Part shown: positions 1 through 11,945 of the stretch, one piece after another
Layout of the letters: every line of letters starts with the position of its first letter
Position numbering within the stretch: position 1 is the stretch's first letter
Assembly (NCBI GenBank): GCA_965242865.1
Contig: CBDETK010000013.1
Coordinates: 4,544,001-4,608,000, forward strand
From: Candidatus Latescibacterota bacterium
GTDB lineage: Bacteria > Latescibacterota > UBA2968 > UBA8231
Direction of reading: 5' to 3'
Length of the DNA stretch: 64,000 nucleotides
Notes under the pieces: model-generated
Told to the model about the DNA's origin: nothing
Databases searched by the model: none
What the model saw: only the letters and a program-made list of their open reading frames with translations
Position numbers and translations under genes: made by a program

Positions 1-764
1 AGTACCAGCTCGCCATCAACAACGGGCCGAATCACCTGCACGGCGGGTTGGTGGGCTTTGACAAGGTCGTCTGGGAGGCCGAGGTCGTAGAAGATCGCCG
101 CGGGCCGGCCGTGCGCCTGCATTACGTGAGCCAAGACGGCGAGGAGGGCTATCCGGGCACCGTGCGGGTGAGCGTGACGTACACCTTGACCCACGACGAC
201 GAACTGATCATCGGATACGAGGCGACTACGGACCAACCCACGCCGATCAACCTGACCAACCACTCCTATTTCAACTTGGCCGGGCGCGGCTCCGTGCTCG
301 GGCACATCCTCACGCTCCACGCCCGCTACTACACTGAGCCGGACGCCAACCAAGTCCCCACGGGGCGCGTTTTGCCGGTGGCTGGCACCCCTCTCGACTT
401 TGGCAAACCAGCCGCCATTGGCGGGCGAATCGGCCAGCTCGGGCCGATCGGCGGCTACGACCACAACTACGTGCTCGACAATGGGGGCCGGGCCGAGCCG
501 GGGCTGGCCGCCGAGGTGTACGAGCCGACGAGCGGGCGGGTGATGACGCTGTACACCACCGAGCCGGGCGTCCAGTTTTATTCGGCCATCCACCTCAATG
601 GCGTGCTGGGCAAGGGCGGGACGCTCTACCATCAGTCCCACGGCCTATGCCTAGAGACCCAACACTATCCAGACTCGATCAACCAGCCGGGCTTTCCGTC
701 GGTGGTGTTGCGCCCGGGCGAGACCTACCGGACGGTTACGATCCACAAGTTTTCGACGCGGTAA
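1..764 (+). CDS. galM: Aldose 1-epimerase (galactose mutarotase), 5' end outside the window
   Basis: Frame is open from position 3 (YQLAINNGPNHLHGG). Motifs NHLHGG, DGEEGYPG, NLTNHSYFNL, GYDHNY and CLETQHYPDS are present. Confidence 0.95.
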   Translation, partial: YQLAINNGPNHLHGGLVGFDKVVWEAEVVEDRRGPAVRLHYVSQDGEEGYPGTVRVSVTYTLTHDDELIIGYEATTDQPTPINLTNHSYFNLAGRGSVLGHILTLHARYYTEPDANQVPTGRVLPVAGTPLDFGKPAAIGGRIGQLGPIGGYDHNYVLDNGGRAEPGLAAEVYEPTSGRVMTLYTTEPGVQFYSAIHLNGVLGKGGTLYHQSHGLCLETQHYPDSINQPGFPSVVLRPGETYRTVTIHKFSTR

Positions 765-1260
765 GGAGGGCCTTTAGCCCGTCCAAGGCTCGGACAAACA
801 ACTCGGCACGGTCGGACGCCCAGCCACCCCCAACCGCGTTATTTTCGACGCCCTGATCATTAGTGTTGTGCAGTGGCTGCCCGTGGCAAGCCCTTCCGCG
901 CCATGCCTATGCCCTCGGCTCGACAGTACAGTATCTTCAAAGCATTGAAGCGGCGCGGTCGCCGACAATACCCCCATAAGCAGCATAGGGATTTTCAATG
1001 TTAAGACATGGAAACCCTAAGACGCGCCACAGCCGCTTCAAGCCCACGTCGGTCAATTACGACGCCCGTATCTTCAAGATAGCGCAGGGCACCAGTTTCA
1101 GGGACAAGCCCTTGCCGACTACCGCTTGCACCGCGCCGCTATTCGGATTGCTCGCTGGGGCCTCGCTGTAATCCGAGGCGAATACTCCCTGCTCTCGTGT
1201 TCGCTCCCAAGCGGCGGAAGAGTGGGAGGGTAAAGCGGATGGCATTAGCTGTCAGTACGA

Positions 1261-2345
1261 TTACCTGTTTTCCTCGTTTCTGTTATGGAGGTCGCGTTCT
1301 CGCACTGGCTTGAGGGCATCAATCGCGTCCAAAATTTCCTCGCAATATCCCTCGGCAATTTTTAACTGGTACTCGTTTCCTGTCTGACATCAATAACCGG
1401 ACCAAAGAGAATTTGGAGTAATCCATCTAAACTCCCATCTTCTTTTAACAAATCGACGATGTGATGGTAATGACCGAATAAGGTGTGAGCGATTTGAGCA
1501 ACGGCTTTCTCTACGTTGACTTCCTGTTCTTTTCGGCGCATTTCGATAATCTCACAACCGAGCATATCCAGCAAATAAGGATAGCCGCCGCAATAGGACA
1601 GTATATCGTTCTTCAATGCCTCACAGACGGTTACGCCTGTCGATGAAATCCGATCAAAAAATACTTCTAGGTCTTGATCGTCAAACATCGCTAAATAGTG
1701 CCGCCGAAAAGTCTCACTCAGTGTAGAAATATCGCCTGCTTGTAATTCAATCGTCTTAATGTTCCGCCGAGAGGTTGTAATCAGGGTAACGCCGAGTTCT
1801 GGAGCATAAGAGAGTTCCCGCAATTTCTGAAAGTCAGCAACGTTGTCCTTAAAGAGATACCGAGCACTATCAAACTCGTCTAATACGAGAAGTATTCGGT
1901 ATCCGGTTCTCAGAACTTTTTTGAAAAAGCGTTGAATCCTGCGATACTCCTCATTCCATGGTAACTGACTGTCGTATGCTCGATCTGCTGCACACTGAAT
2001 TTACGCGTTGAGCAGCTCTAAGTCCTCGAGTTCCTCCAGACATACCGAGACCAAAGATTGAAAGAAGGATCTCGGCTCATCATAGGTTGAAAGGTTGATC
2101 CATATTGGAATGAAATTCTCCTTTATGATCTGATCTTTCCGCTCAATGAGAGCTTGATAGACAAGGCTGCTTTTCCCGCTGCGCGGCTGGCCGATAATTG
2201 CCAAATTGGCTGGCTCTCTCGGTTGGATGATCCGACTGTCAATAATATCCAAGATCTCTTGCCGCCCGATAAAACGGTCGCCGTGGACAATTCCGCCGTA
2301 ATCTGCAAATGGGTTTTCGCGCATCATTGGATTTTCCTCATTCAT
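1261..2345 (-). pseudogene. Degraded STAND/AAA-like P-loop ATPase (ATPase B)
   Basis: ORF 2345-2001 has NPF..G..V...RFIGR and Walker A GQPRSGKS. An in-frame TAA at 2001-2003 reads through (IQCAADRAYDSQLPWNEEYRRIQRFFKKVLRTGYRILLVLDEFD, Walker B) into ORF 1823-1362 (CGGYPYLL motif). A frameshifted tail GNEYQLKIAEGYCEEILDAID ends at TAA 1261-1263. Confidence 0.8.
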
Positions 2346-3819
2346 TAGCGATTAGCCATTCCTTGAAAAGGCTGACCTTGATGGTGTAGTAATGTTTCTG
2401 TTCCCGATTAATGACATCTCGGTCAACCAACTCATCGAGAAGATCATCGCTTGGCAATTCCGTCTCGCAATCAATGTGGCTTCTATGGCACAGACCTGTT
2501 TTGCTCGCTATTGTCTTCAGAATTTTTAACACATCCTCATCTTTGCGCTCATTATTCTCTCCCGAATTATATAGATTCTCGAAGTTGCTAAGTGCCAACG
2601 CATTTCGCCCTCTCATCAGTTCGTTCCTCACATGCTCAACATAAGAATACGTGACGTAAATCGCCCGTTTTTGATTCAGATGTTCAACCAGACGATTGCA
2701 AAACATCTGAATGTAAAATGGACTGCCGGCGGTGAGTTCGAGAATGCGTTCGATGGCACGCGGTTCGCGGTAGCGGCTTTCGCCCTCTACGCCACCAATC
2801 ATGATGGGTTCGACAATGAGCTTCTTTGCGTCTGCCTCATCGAGGTATGTGACTCTTTCCCGTTGAGCGATTCCGAACTCATTTTGAAAAGCCTCTATAA
2901 ATCGCTCCATGACATCTTGACCGACGAGTACCGCATTGAAATAGTTCGCCTGCATCAAAGCCTTCCAATTCTTCATGAACGATTCGGAGAGGTGTCCCGC
3001 GAGAATCTGTCCGTAAATATAAGAAAATTCGTCTATAAAAAGCACCAATTGGACATCTCGCCAATCTGCTTGCTTGGCTGCACGGCGTTGATAGGTGTTG
3101 AAGATCTCTTTGAACAAAATCATCGGCGTTGGATGCCCATAGAATTCTCTTCCGCTCGGAAAAGAAATATCCAACTCACTAAAGCCATCATCTACTCTAT
3201 CTTCGATTGCATTCTCAAGTGAAACCAAAATCTGCCTGAGAATTTGATGCGAAAACGGCACCTTGGAATGCTCGTCCAAGTATCCTCCGATATTTCCCAA
3301 ATTCAAAATCATTAGGTTTTGGGCTTCAAGTGACTTTTCCAAATGGTACAAAATTGAAGATTTACCAGATCGCTTCTGTCCATAAATCACGACACATTTG
3401 TTCTGAGACTGAGCTTCTCGAATGGAATTTACGATGTTTTCAATCATCCGGTCACGGCCATAAAACATCTCTGGGTCGCTAACAACAGGCCCTTCATTGT
3501 ATGGGTTGATAATTTCCTGAAACTCATCTGCCGAATAAAGCCGTATCGTACAATTTTCAGACAGATCGGTACTGGGAATTTGAACGCCGGCGTCGGCATC
3601 ATTCTGCCCATTGTCCGAGGTATCTGTCAGCGGCTGCCAATAGCTAACCCGATCCATGGGAATCGTGACCGGCGGCTGGTCTTCGCCGACCTCAATTTTG
3701 AGATGCTCTCGCCCAATTTCGACCAGCTTGCCCAAGACATCGCCGCCCCCTTGCAGTACAAACTTGACCTGACTCTCAAGGGGAACCTGCTCCTGAATCA
3801 ATCGCGCATTCGCATTCAC
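2338..3819 (-). CDS. STAND/AAA-like P-loop ATPase (ATPase A), probably internally deleted
   Basis: GTG at 3819 follows GGAGG (the longer ORF-track start overlaps the aminotransferase). Motifs NPY...MFYGR, Walker A GQKRSGKS, Walker B LFIDEF, TAGSPFYIQ and a wHTH-like C-terminus. GC is lower than the flanks. Confidence 0.8.
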   Translation of the reverse strand: MNANARLIQEQVPLESQVKFVLQGGGDVLGKLVEIGREHLKIEVGEDQPPVTIPMDRVSYWQPLTDTSDNGQNDADAGVQIPSTDLSENCTIRLYSADEFQEIINPYNEGPVVSDPEMFYGRDRMIENIVNSIREAQSQNKCVVIYGQKRSGKSSILYHLEKSLEAQNLMILNLGNIGGYLDEHSKVPFSHQILRQILVSLENAIEDRVDDGFSELDISFPSGREFYGHPTPMILFKEIFNTYQRRAAKQADWRDVQLVLFIDEFSYIYGQILAGHLSESFMKNWKALMQANYFNAVLVGQDVMERFIEAFQNEFGIAQRERVTYLDEADAKKLIVEPIMIGGVEGESRYREPRAIERILELTAGSPFYIQMFCNRLVEHLNQKRAIYVTYSYVEHVRNELMRGRNALALSNFENLYNSGENNERKDEDVLKILKTIASKTGLCHRSHIDCETELPSDDLLDELVDRDVINREQKHYYTIKVSLFKEWLIANE

Positions 3820-3839
3820 GTTGTACCTCCGCGTCTTTC

Positions 3840-5075
3840 CTAAATCACATCGTCGCCGCAGTGCGACAAATAGTGCTCCAACGCCGCCATGCCCGCGCTG
3901 GTATCCACCTCGGCCCCCTCGTGCGCTAGCGCCCCGCCCAAAGCGTGCAATACGCGGAACAAGTGCGGTGCTCGGCACTGCTCGCCCATCTGGCCGATGC
4001 GCACGACGTCGAGGCCAAAGGCCCCGGAGATTTCGACCTGAAAGCGGCTCGACATATCGGCGCGCACCCGGGCGTTATCCACCCCAGCCGGTACTTGGAT
4101 CGCCACCACCGAATTGAGGCGAATGGGCCGCGGCGCGGCCAGCACTAGCCCCATCTGCTCAATGCCCGCTTGCAGGGCCAACGACGAGTGCCGATGCCGC
4201 GCAAAGCGCCGCTCCAGCGTCTCCTCGCAGACCAACCGCAACGCCTCGTGCAGGGCCAACAGCCCCGACACCGGCGCGGTGTAGTGGTACTGGTGGTGCT
4301 GCCAAAAGCTCTGCGCCCGCAGGGCGTCTAAGCACCAGTGCGGCCGAGGGCCGGGATGTTGCTGCACCTGCTGCCAAGCCGCGTCGGAAAAGGCGATCAG
4401 CGCGACGCCCGGCAGCGACGACAGGCCCTTCTGGCTGCCGGTCAAAACCACGTCAATGCCCCAAGCGTCCTTTGCCAACGGCATGGTGCTCAACGTGCAA
4501 ACCGCATCGACGACTACCAACGCCCCGTGGTCGCGGCACAAGCGGGCAATCGACGGCAAATCCACCGTGCAAACGCCACTAGAAGTCTCGCCCTGCACCA
4601 TGGTCACCACGTCGTACCGCTGCCCCTTGAGACGCTCGGCAACGCGCTCGGCGCAAATGGCGCGCCCTTCCGGCACGGCCAGCACTTCGACCGCGGCTCC
4701 CACGCCAGCCGCCATCTCGGCAAAGCGCCCGCTAAACCAGCCGTTTTGCAGGACCAAGGCCCGGCGGCCAGGCCAGAGCAGGTTGCCCATCGCCATCTCC
4801 ATGGCGGCCGACGCCGGCCCTCCAATCCCCAAGATGTGCTCGTCGGCCGTCTGAAAGGCATAGCCAGCCAACTGCTTGATCTGTTCGACCAGCCGATCCA
4901 TCGTCGGGCCCAAGTGATTGATGACCATGCCGCCGGCCCGAGCGACCTCGGCCGCCACCGGCACCGGCCCAGCCCCCATCAGCAGCAGCGGCTCGGCCGG
5001 CAGGAGTTGATCCAGCGGTGAAAACGCCGGGGCCTCTAAGCCGCCAACGCCGCGCTGGGACGCTGCATTCTCCAT
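3840..5075 (-). CDS. Alanine-glyoxylate/serine-pyruvate aminotransferase family (PLP class V)
   Basis: LLMGAGPV, GETSSGV, VDAVCT and the PLP lysine motif TGSQKGLS. Confidence 0.9.
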   Translation of the reverse strand: MENAASQRGVGGLEAPAFSPLDQLLPAEPLLLMGAGPVPVAAEVARAGGMVINHLGPTMDRLVEQIKQLAGYAFQTADEHILGIGGPASAAMEMAMGNLLWPGRRALVLQNGWFSGRFAEMAAGVGAAVEVLAVPEGRAICAERVAERLKGQRYDVVTMVQGETSSGVCTVDLPSIARLCRDHGALVVVDAVCTLSTMPLAKDAWGIDVVLTGSQKGLSSLPGVALIAFSDAAWQQVQQHPGPRPHWCLDALRAQSFWQHHQYHYTAPVSGLLALHEALRLVCEETLERRFARHRHSSLALQAGIEQMGLVLAAPRPIRLNSVVAIQVPAGVDNARVRADMSSRFQVEISGAFGLDVVRIGQMGEQCRAPHLFRVLHALGGALAHEGAEVDTSAGMAALEHYLSHCGDDVI

Positions 5076-5084
5076 GCCCAATTC

Positions 5085-6467
5085 CTAATAGTTAATGGCC
5101 TCGCCAAACGCCTGCCCGGCCGCTTCCATGATCGCCTCAGACAGGGTCGGATGCGCGTGGGTGGTGAGCAAAAGCTCCTCGTAGGTGGCTTCCAAGCGGA
5201 GGGCCAACGTCAACTCGGCGATCAGTTCCGTGGCTTCGGCCCCCAGAATGGCCCCGCCCAACAGCTCGCCGTAGCGCGCGTCAAACACTAGCTTGACCAG
5301 CCCTTCGGTCTCTCCGGCGGCTTGCCCCTTGCCGCTGGCTGCAAACGGAAAGCGCCCGACCTTGACGTCGTACCCGGCTTGGCGCGCTTGGCTTTCGCTC
5401 AGGCCGACGCTGGCCACTTGCGGCTGGCAATAGATGCAGTTGGACACTTGGCGTGGGTCTAAAGCGGGCCGGTCGCGGCCAGCTATCCACTCGACGACCG
5501 CGATTCCTTCCTGCGCGGCCGCGTGCGCCAACAGCGGCGGGCCGGCCACATCGCCAATCGCGTAGATGCCCTTCGCGCTGGTCTGCATCCGCTCATCGAC
5601 CACAATCGCGCCGTCGCGGGTGCGGATGCCCAGTGCTTCCAGCCCCAGCCCTTCGATATTGCCCTGAACCCCGGTGGCGACGAGCACGCGCTCGACGCGC
5701 CGCGTCTGCTCCTTTTCGCCGACCCGGTAGCGCAATGCGACCCCGCGCTTTTGCCGTTTGACCTCCTCGACCCGGGCTTGGGGCACCACGTCGATCCCCT
5801 GCTGCGTCAAGCTCTCGGCCAACCCCGCGGCGATCTCTTCGTCCTCGCGCGGCAAAATCTGGGGCAAGGCTTCCAAGAGCAGCACCTTGCTGCCAAAGGC
5901 GCGGTAGAAATAGGCGAACTCTACGCCGATGGCCCCGGCCCCGATGATGGCGAGGGACGCCGGCTGCGCGGCCACGACCATGGCTTCGCGGCTGGCGATG
6001 ATCCGCTCGCCATCGAACTCCACGCCCGGGATGGATTTGGGGCGGCTGCCGGTGGCCAGCACCACGTGGGCGGCCTCCAACTCGGCCCCGCCGCCCTCGA
6101 CCGCGACGCAACGACGGGGCGTCAACCGGCCCCGGCCGGCAAATACCTCGACTTGGTTTTTCTCCATCAGGTAGGCCACGCCTTTGGACAACTGGGCGGC
6201 CACGCGGCGGCTGCGGCCAACGACCGCCTCCCAATCCACGGTCGGCTTATTGGCTCGCAAGCCGAACTCCTCGGCGCGCAAAAAAAGCTGGTACACTTCG
6301 GCTTGCTTGAGCAACGCCTTGGTGGGAATGCAGCCCCAATTTAGACAGGTCCCGCCCAACTCGGCGTCTTCGACCAGCGCGGTTTTTAACCCCAACTGCC
6401 GCGCCCGAATGGCGGCTGAATAACCCCCGGGGCCGCCGCCGATAATTGCCACATCATACACTGCCAT
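5085..6467 (-). CDS. lpdA: Dihydrolipoyl dehydrogenase
   Basis: [20 protein letters not shown] redox disulfide, GAGAIG and HAHPTLSE. Start placed at MAVYDV. Confidence 0.97.
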   Translation of the reverse strand: MAVYDVAIIGGGPGGYSAAIRARQLGLKTALVEDAELGGTCLNWGCIPTKALLKQAEVYQLFLRAEEFGLRANKPTVDWEAVVGRSRRVAAQLSKGVAYLMEKNQVEVFAGRGRLTPRRCVAVEGGGAELEAAHVVLATGSRPKSIPGVEFDGERIIASREAMVVAAQPASLAIIGAGAIGVEFAYFYRAFGSKVLLLEALPQILPREDEEIAAGLAESLTQQGIDVVPQARVEEVKRQKRGVALRYRVGEKEQTRRVERVLVATGVQGNIEGLGLEALGIRTRDGAIVVDERMQTSAKGIYAIGDVAGPPLLAHAAAQEGIAVVEWIAGRDRPALDPRQVSNCIYCQPQVASVGLSESQARQAGYDVKVGRFPFAASGKGQAAGETEGLVKLVFDARYGELLGGAILGAEATELIAELTLALRLEATYEELLLTTHAHPTLSEAIMEAAGQAFGEAINY

Positions 6468-6582
6468 TGCATTTCTTTCTACGGTTCGGAGCGAGGAAGT
6501 TCCCATCGCCTCAATTGCCCTCGCTCGCGCCATGGTTTATTGTTGCCAAACTAGCACCGCACCGCAAATAAAGGCAAATCCC

Positions 6583-7068
6583 GTGCTGCAACCGCAAGCC
6601 AATCCCGCGCAAACCCTGACCATTTTCACCGACGGCGCCTGTTCGTCCAACCCAGGCCCCGGGGGCTGGGCCGCACGGCTGATGTACGGCGATGGTCGCA
6701 TCGTCGAGCTGGGCGGGGGCGTCCCGGCGACGACCAACAACCGCATGGAGCTGCAAGCGGCCATTGAGGGGCTGCGCGCGGCCCCGCCCGGCCTCGCCAT
6801 CACGCTCGTCACAGACAGCGAGTACCTGCGCCAAGGCATTACCAAGTGGATTCGCGGTTGGAAGCGGCGCGGCTGGCGCACGACCGCGCAAAAGCCCGTG
6901 CTCAACCAAGACCTGTGGCGCGTCCTCGACCAGCTCAACGCGCCCGCCGTCCAATGGCAATACACCCGAGGCCACGCCGGCCACCCCGACAACGAACGCT
7001 GCGACCAAATCGCCCAAGCATTTGCCCGCGGAGAAACGCCCTTCCTGCACAACCACCCTAGACCCTAG
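6583..7068 (+). CDS. rnhA: Ribonuclease HI
   Basis: [29 protein letters not shown] and [12 protein letters not shown]. Start is uncertain (GTG 6583). Confidence 0.95.
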   Translation: MLQPQANPAQTLTIFTDGACSSNPGPGGWAARLMYGDGRIVELGGGVPATTNNRMELQAAIEGLRAAPPGLAITLVTDSEYLRQGITKWIRGWKRRGWRTTAQKPVLNQDLWRVLDQLNAPAVQWQYTRGHAGHPDNERCDQIAQAFARGETPFLHNHPRP

Positions 7069-7083
7069 TCGAAAGGATTGACC

Positions 7084-7854
7084 ATGCTTTACGGCTTGAT
7101 CTTCATCCTCGCCCTCGCTGGCTCGGCCAGCGCCCAAGAAGCCACCCGCTTCCAAGCTCCACCAGCCGAGCTACCCACCTACCAAGTCCTCCGCACGGAC
7201 CAAGGGATCCAAGTCGATGGCCGCCTCGACGAGGCCGACTGGCAGCGCACCGCGCCCATCGCCTTTGTGATGCCTTGGACCGACCTCACCCAAGAGGCAC
7301 CGCAATCCACGACCGCCCGCTTGCTCTGGGACGACGACAACCTCTACATCATCTACGAGTGCGTCGATCCGCATCTAGACTCCGAGGTGACCGAGCACGA
7401 TGGGAAGGTGTACCAAGAGGACGCGGTCGAGATTTTCGCCGCGCCCAATGCGGCTGTCCCCGGCAACTACTACGGCTATGAGATGAACATCCACGGCACC
7501 TTGCTCGACTACATCGCCTTCGGCGGCGGCGTGGAGCGCACCAAGGCCATTCACAATTCTTGGCAGAGCGAAGGCGTGGTCATGGCCACTACGTATGACG
7601 GCACCCTCAACGACCACTCAGACACGGACGCAGGCTGGATCCTCGAAATCGCCATCCCCCACGACAACTTCCGCCACTTGGGAGGGCAGATCCCGCCCCA
7701 AGATGGCGACCAATGGCGCGTCGGGCTAAACCGCACTAAGGGCTACCAAGGCCAATATGGGATGTGGTCCGACACTGGAACGCCCGTGGCCGACTTCCAC
7801 CGCGCCCACCGCTTCGGCGTCCTCACCTTCTCGGGCGCGGTCGTCGGCCCCTGA
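7084..7854 (+). CDS. Exported carbohydrate-binding family 9 (CBM9/DOMON-like) protein
   Basis: Signal peptide ending ASA-Q; VDGRLDEADW, LLWDDDNLYI, DAVEIF and WILEIAIP motifs. Confidence 0.75.
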   Translation: MLYGLIFILALAGSASAQEATRFQAPPAELPTYQVLRTDQGIQVDGRLDEADWQRTAPIAFVMPWTDLTQEAPQSTTARLLWDDDNLYIIYECVDPHLDSEVTEHDGKVYQEDAVEIFAAPNAAVPGNYYGYEMNIHGTLLDYIAFGGGVERTKAIHNSWQSEGVVMATTYDGTLNDHSDTDAGWILEIAIPHDNFRHLGGQIPPQDGDQWRVGLNRTKGYQGQYGMWSDTGTPVADFHRAHRFGVLTFSGAVVGP

Positions 7855-7893
7855 AGCACTGCGGCTTTCATGGTTGGGCGGCCCCTAGGACGG

Positions 7894-9996
7894 ATGCTCT
7901 CGATCCTGAAGCGTCTCAAAGGCCGGCGCGGCCAACGGCAACGGCTGTGGCTGCGCCTGCTGGGCTATTACCTCGCCTTGGGGCTGGTGCCGGTGTTGCT
8001 GGTCGATCTGTTCGTGTTGAACACGGCTCGGGCGGCCATTGAAGAGGCCGTGCTAGACAGCCGCCGCGAAATGGCCCACCGCACGGCCGAGGAGATCACC
8101 CACATCTTTTCTACCATCTCCTCCAACTTGCAACGCCTCGCCCAGTACGTGGCAACGGCAACCGAGCCGCAGGATGTGCCCGCGTTGCTCGAAAAGGCCG
8201 CGCTCGCAGACAGCGACGTGGAGGCCCTGTACCTAGTGGACAGCCAAAACCAAATACAGGCGGCGAGCGCGGCGATTGCGTGGCCCGCTTCCTACGACCC
8301 GGACGCGGCTTGGGCCAAGGTCGCGGCCGGCAGCCTGTACGTCGCCCTGCTCGAAGAATTTAAGGAGACGCCCAAGCTCTTTGTCGCGCTCCCGGTGGAA
8401 CGGGACGGTCAGCCGACTCAACAAGCCCTCCTCGCTCGCCTCGACTTTCACCGAGTCTGGCAAAAGATCGATCTCATCCACCTCGGCCGCACCGGGTACG
8501 CGACCTTGCTCCACGCCGACGATGGGCACTATCTGGCGCGGCCCATGCGCCAGGCCTTCTACTCGTGGCAACATCACCCGCACGTACAGGCCATGCGCGG
8601 GCCAGCCGGCATTCTCGCGTGGCGCGACACCGGGGGCACGGACTGGGTCACGGGGTTTGCGCCCGTGCGCGACTGGGGCTGGATCGTCGCCATTGAACAG
8701 CACGAGGACGAGGCGTATGCCCCGTACACCTTTGTGCTGTACGCGCTCTATGCGGTCATCGTGCTTTCGGCGCTCGGGTCCCTGATTTTGGGCGGCTTGA
8801 CGCGCAACTCGGTCGTCGCGCCCCTCGTCTTGCTCACCCACGCGGTGCGCCGCCGGCGAGACGGCTATCCCCTCCTCGGCGCTCCCACGGCGCGGCGCGA
8901 CGAAATCGGCGAACTAGCCGACGCTTTTGTCGAGCTGGACCAAACGCTGGCCAAACGCCAGCGCGACTTGCAGAGCACCTTGGACTTGCAGCACCATCTG
9001 ATCGAGGACAATCCCCTCGCGGTGGCCGTGCTCGACGCCGAGTACCGCATCGTACAGAGCAACAAGGCGTGGGCCGGCTTGCTGCTGCCGGCCCCGGCCG
9101 CCGCCTTGAGCGCGACCCCGGCCGGGGCCCAAGTGTGCGCGTGGCTAAAGGCCCATCCGACCGCGCAAGAGGTCGATAACCTCGCCATTGAGGATGGCAC
9201 GGTACACTATTGGAACCTGCGCACGGCCGCGCTGCGCCCCGGCCATCGCGGCACGCTCTTGCTCATGGTGGAAGACCAGACCCAGCAACACCTGCTGGAG
9301 CTGCACTACATGCAGGCCGAAAAGCTCTCGGCGCTCGGGGCGGTGGCCGCTGGCGTGGCCCACGAAATCAAAAACCCCCTCGCCATTGTGCAAAACACCT
9401 GCGACCTGCTGCCGCGGCTGGCCCCGGAAGAAAAGGAGGAGCGCGACGAGACCTTGCAGATGATGCGCGCGGCCATCCGCCGCATTGACGAGCGCGTCAG
9501 CAGCCTGCTCGACTTTGCCCGGCCGGCTCAGCACCGCGAGGAGCCGATCGACGCGGTCGCGGTGCTAGAGCAGCTCCTCGACTTGGAGACCAAACACGCC
9601 GAGCACCTCGGCATCTCGATTGAGCGCTGCTTTGAGCCGGTGCCCCCGGTGCTCATAAACCGCGACATGCTCAAAGACATCTACCTCAACATCATCCGCA
9701 ACGCCTTCCAAGCCATGCCCCAAGGCGGCCGCCTGCCCGTGAGCGGCCGCCCCACGCCCGCGGGCGTTGCCATAAAAATCTGCGACACTGGCACCGGCAT
9801 TGAGCCAACCCAGATCGCCCGCATCTTTGAGCCGTTCTTTTCGACCAAAGCCCCGGGCGAGGGCACGGGCTTGGGGCTGGCCATTGCCCAGCGTCAACTG
9901 CGAGAAATCGGCGGCCACATAGAGGTTGCGAGCCGCATTGGCAAAGGCACTTGCTTCGCGCTCTTGCTGCCGTACAATAGAGAGGAAAAGGCATAG
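7894..9996 (+). CDS. Membrane sensor histidine kinase (Cache-HAMP-PAS-HisKA-HATPase)
   Basis: Two TM segments around a Cache-like domain. HAMP RRDEIGEL, H-box AHEIKNPL, N-box NAFQAM and G boxes DTGTG/GTGLGL. Confidence 0.93.
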   Translation: MLSILKRLKGRRGQRQRLWLRLLGYYLALGLVPVLLVDLFVLNTARAAIEEAVLDSRREMAHRTAEEITHIFSTISSNLQRLAQYVATATEPQDVPALLEKAALADSDVEALYLVDSQNQIQAASAAIAWPASYDPDAAWAKVAAGSLYVALLEEFKETPKLFVALPVERDGQPTQQALLARLDFHRVWQKIDLIHLGRTGYATLLHADDGHYLARPMRQAFYSWQHHPHVQAMRGPAGILAWRDTGGTDWVTGFAPVRDWGWIVAIEQHEDEAYAPYTFVLYALYAVIVLSALGSLILGGLTRNSVVAPLVLLTHAVRRRRDGYPLLGAPTARRDEIGELADAFVELDQTLAKRQRDLQSTLDLQHHLIEDNPLAVAVLDAEYRIVQSNKAWAGLLLPAPAAALSATPAGAQVCAWLKAHPTAQEVDNLAIEDGTVHYWNLRTAALRPGHRGTLLLMVEDQTQQHLLELHYMQAEKLSALGAVAAGVAHEIKNPLAIVQNTCDLLPRLAPEEKEERDETLQMMRAAIRRIDERVSSLLDFARPAQHREEPIDAVAVLEQLLDLETKHAEHLGISIERCFEPVPPVLINRDMLKDIYLNIIRNAFQAMPQGGRLPVSGRPTPAGVAIKICDTGTGIEPTQIARIFEPFFSTKAPGEGTGLGLAIAQRQLREIGGHIEVASRIGKGTCFALLLPYNREEKA

Positions 9997-9998
9997 CC

Positions 9999-11381
<1,383 letters not shown>

Positions 11382-11408
11382 CCTTGAACCGAACCTTAGG
11401 AGAAGGCC

Positions 11409-11618
11409 ATGTTGGAAATTCACAAGTACTATGTCCTCGACGAAAACCAAACTCCAATCGCCGTGCAGATTCCGCTGGCGGAATTTGAGCGTCTCGAAGA
11501 AGCCATAGAAAATTATGGCCTCGCGCAGCTAATGAACGAAGTACAAGACGAGGAACGTCTTACCGGCGAAGACGCCTATAATCACTATATGTCGATGTCG
11601 GCAGCCTCCCGCCTGTGA
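11409..11618 (+). CDS. Small putative type II antitoxin-like protein (orphan)
   Basis: RBS AGGAG. The pattern YVLDENQTPIAVQIPLAEFERLEEAIENYGL resembles small acidic antitoxins usually paired with RelE-like toxins. No toxin follows. Confidence 0.55.
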   Translation: MLEIHKYYVLDENQTPIAVQIPLAEFERLEEAIENYGLAQLMNEVQDEERLTGEDAYNHYMSMSAASRL

Positions 11619-11729
11619 CGCAGACCATTCTCGTCTGCGATTTACCGCCCTCCACTCCACATCAACACACCCCAACTGTCCGCTGGCGAACACCTGTTGT
11701 TCGCTGACGGACAGGGATGGTCCGCTAAA

Positions 11730-11895
11730 CGCGATGATTCGACGCACTTGTGCGATGTATCAAGGGCCTGCAAGACGAGCGAGAAAATTATCTTATTTTT
11801 TATAACGCATTGTTTAACAGTTATTTATGCTTTATGCCGCCAAAAAACAGGCGCGATTGGCGGCCATTGGGCCCCTCATTGGCACGATTGTTGCA
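11730..11895 (+). promoter_or_regulatory. Sigma-54 promoter module copy 1 (enhancer + IHF-like tract + -24/-12)
   Basis: TGGCAC-GATTG-TTGCA at 11880-11895. Enhancer CGCGATGATTCGACGCA at 11730-11746; second box degenerate. AT-rich IHF-like tract around 11795-11830. Confidence 0.85.
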
Positions 11896-11945
11896 AATAA
11901 TGCTTGCAGAAGCAACAACCGCACTCTTCCACCAAGGAGGGCATC

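Noticed and set aside
774-1245. Small ORFs 774-998 and 1057-1245
   Set aside because: No recognisable motifs or clear RBS; probably spurious.
2001-2003. Programmed stop-codon readthrough or recoding in ATPase B
   Set aside because: The stop is TAA (not Sec or Pyl), other genes use standard stops, and the same gene has a second lesion.
3820-3978. Extended N-terminus of the 546-aa ORF (MPSTALV...)
   Set aside because: It overlaps the aminotransferase in another frame; a GGAGG-GTG start at 3819 fits better.
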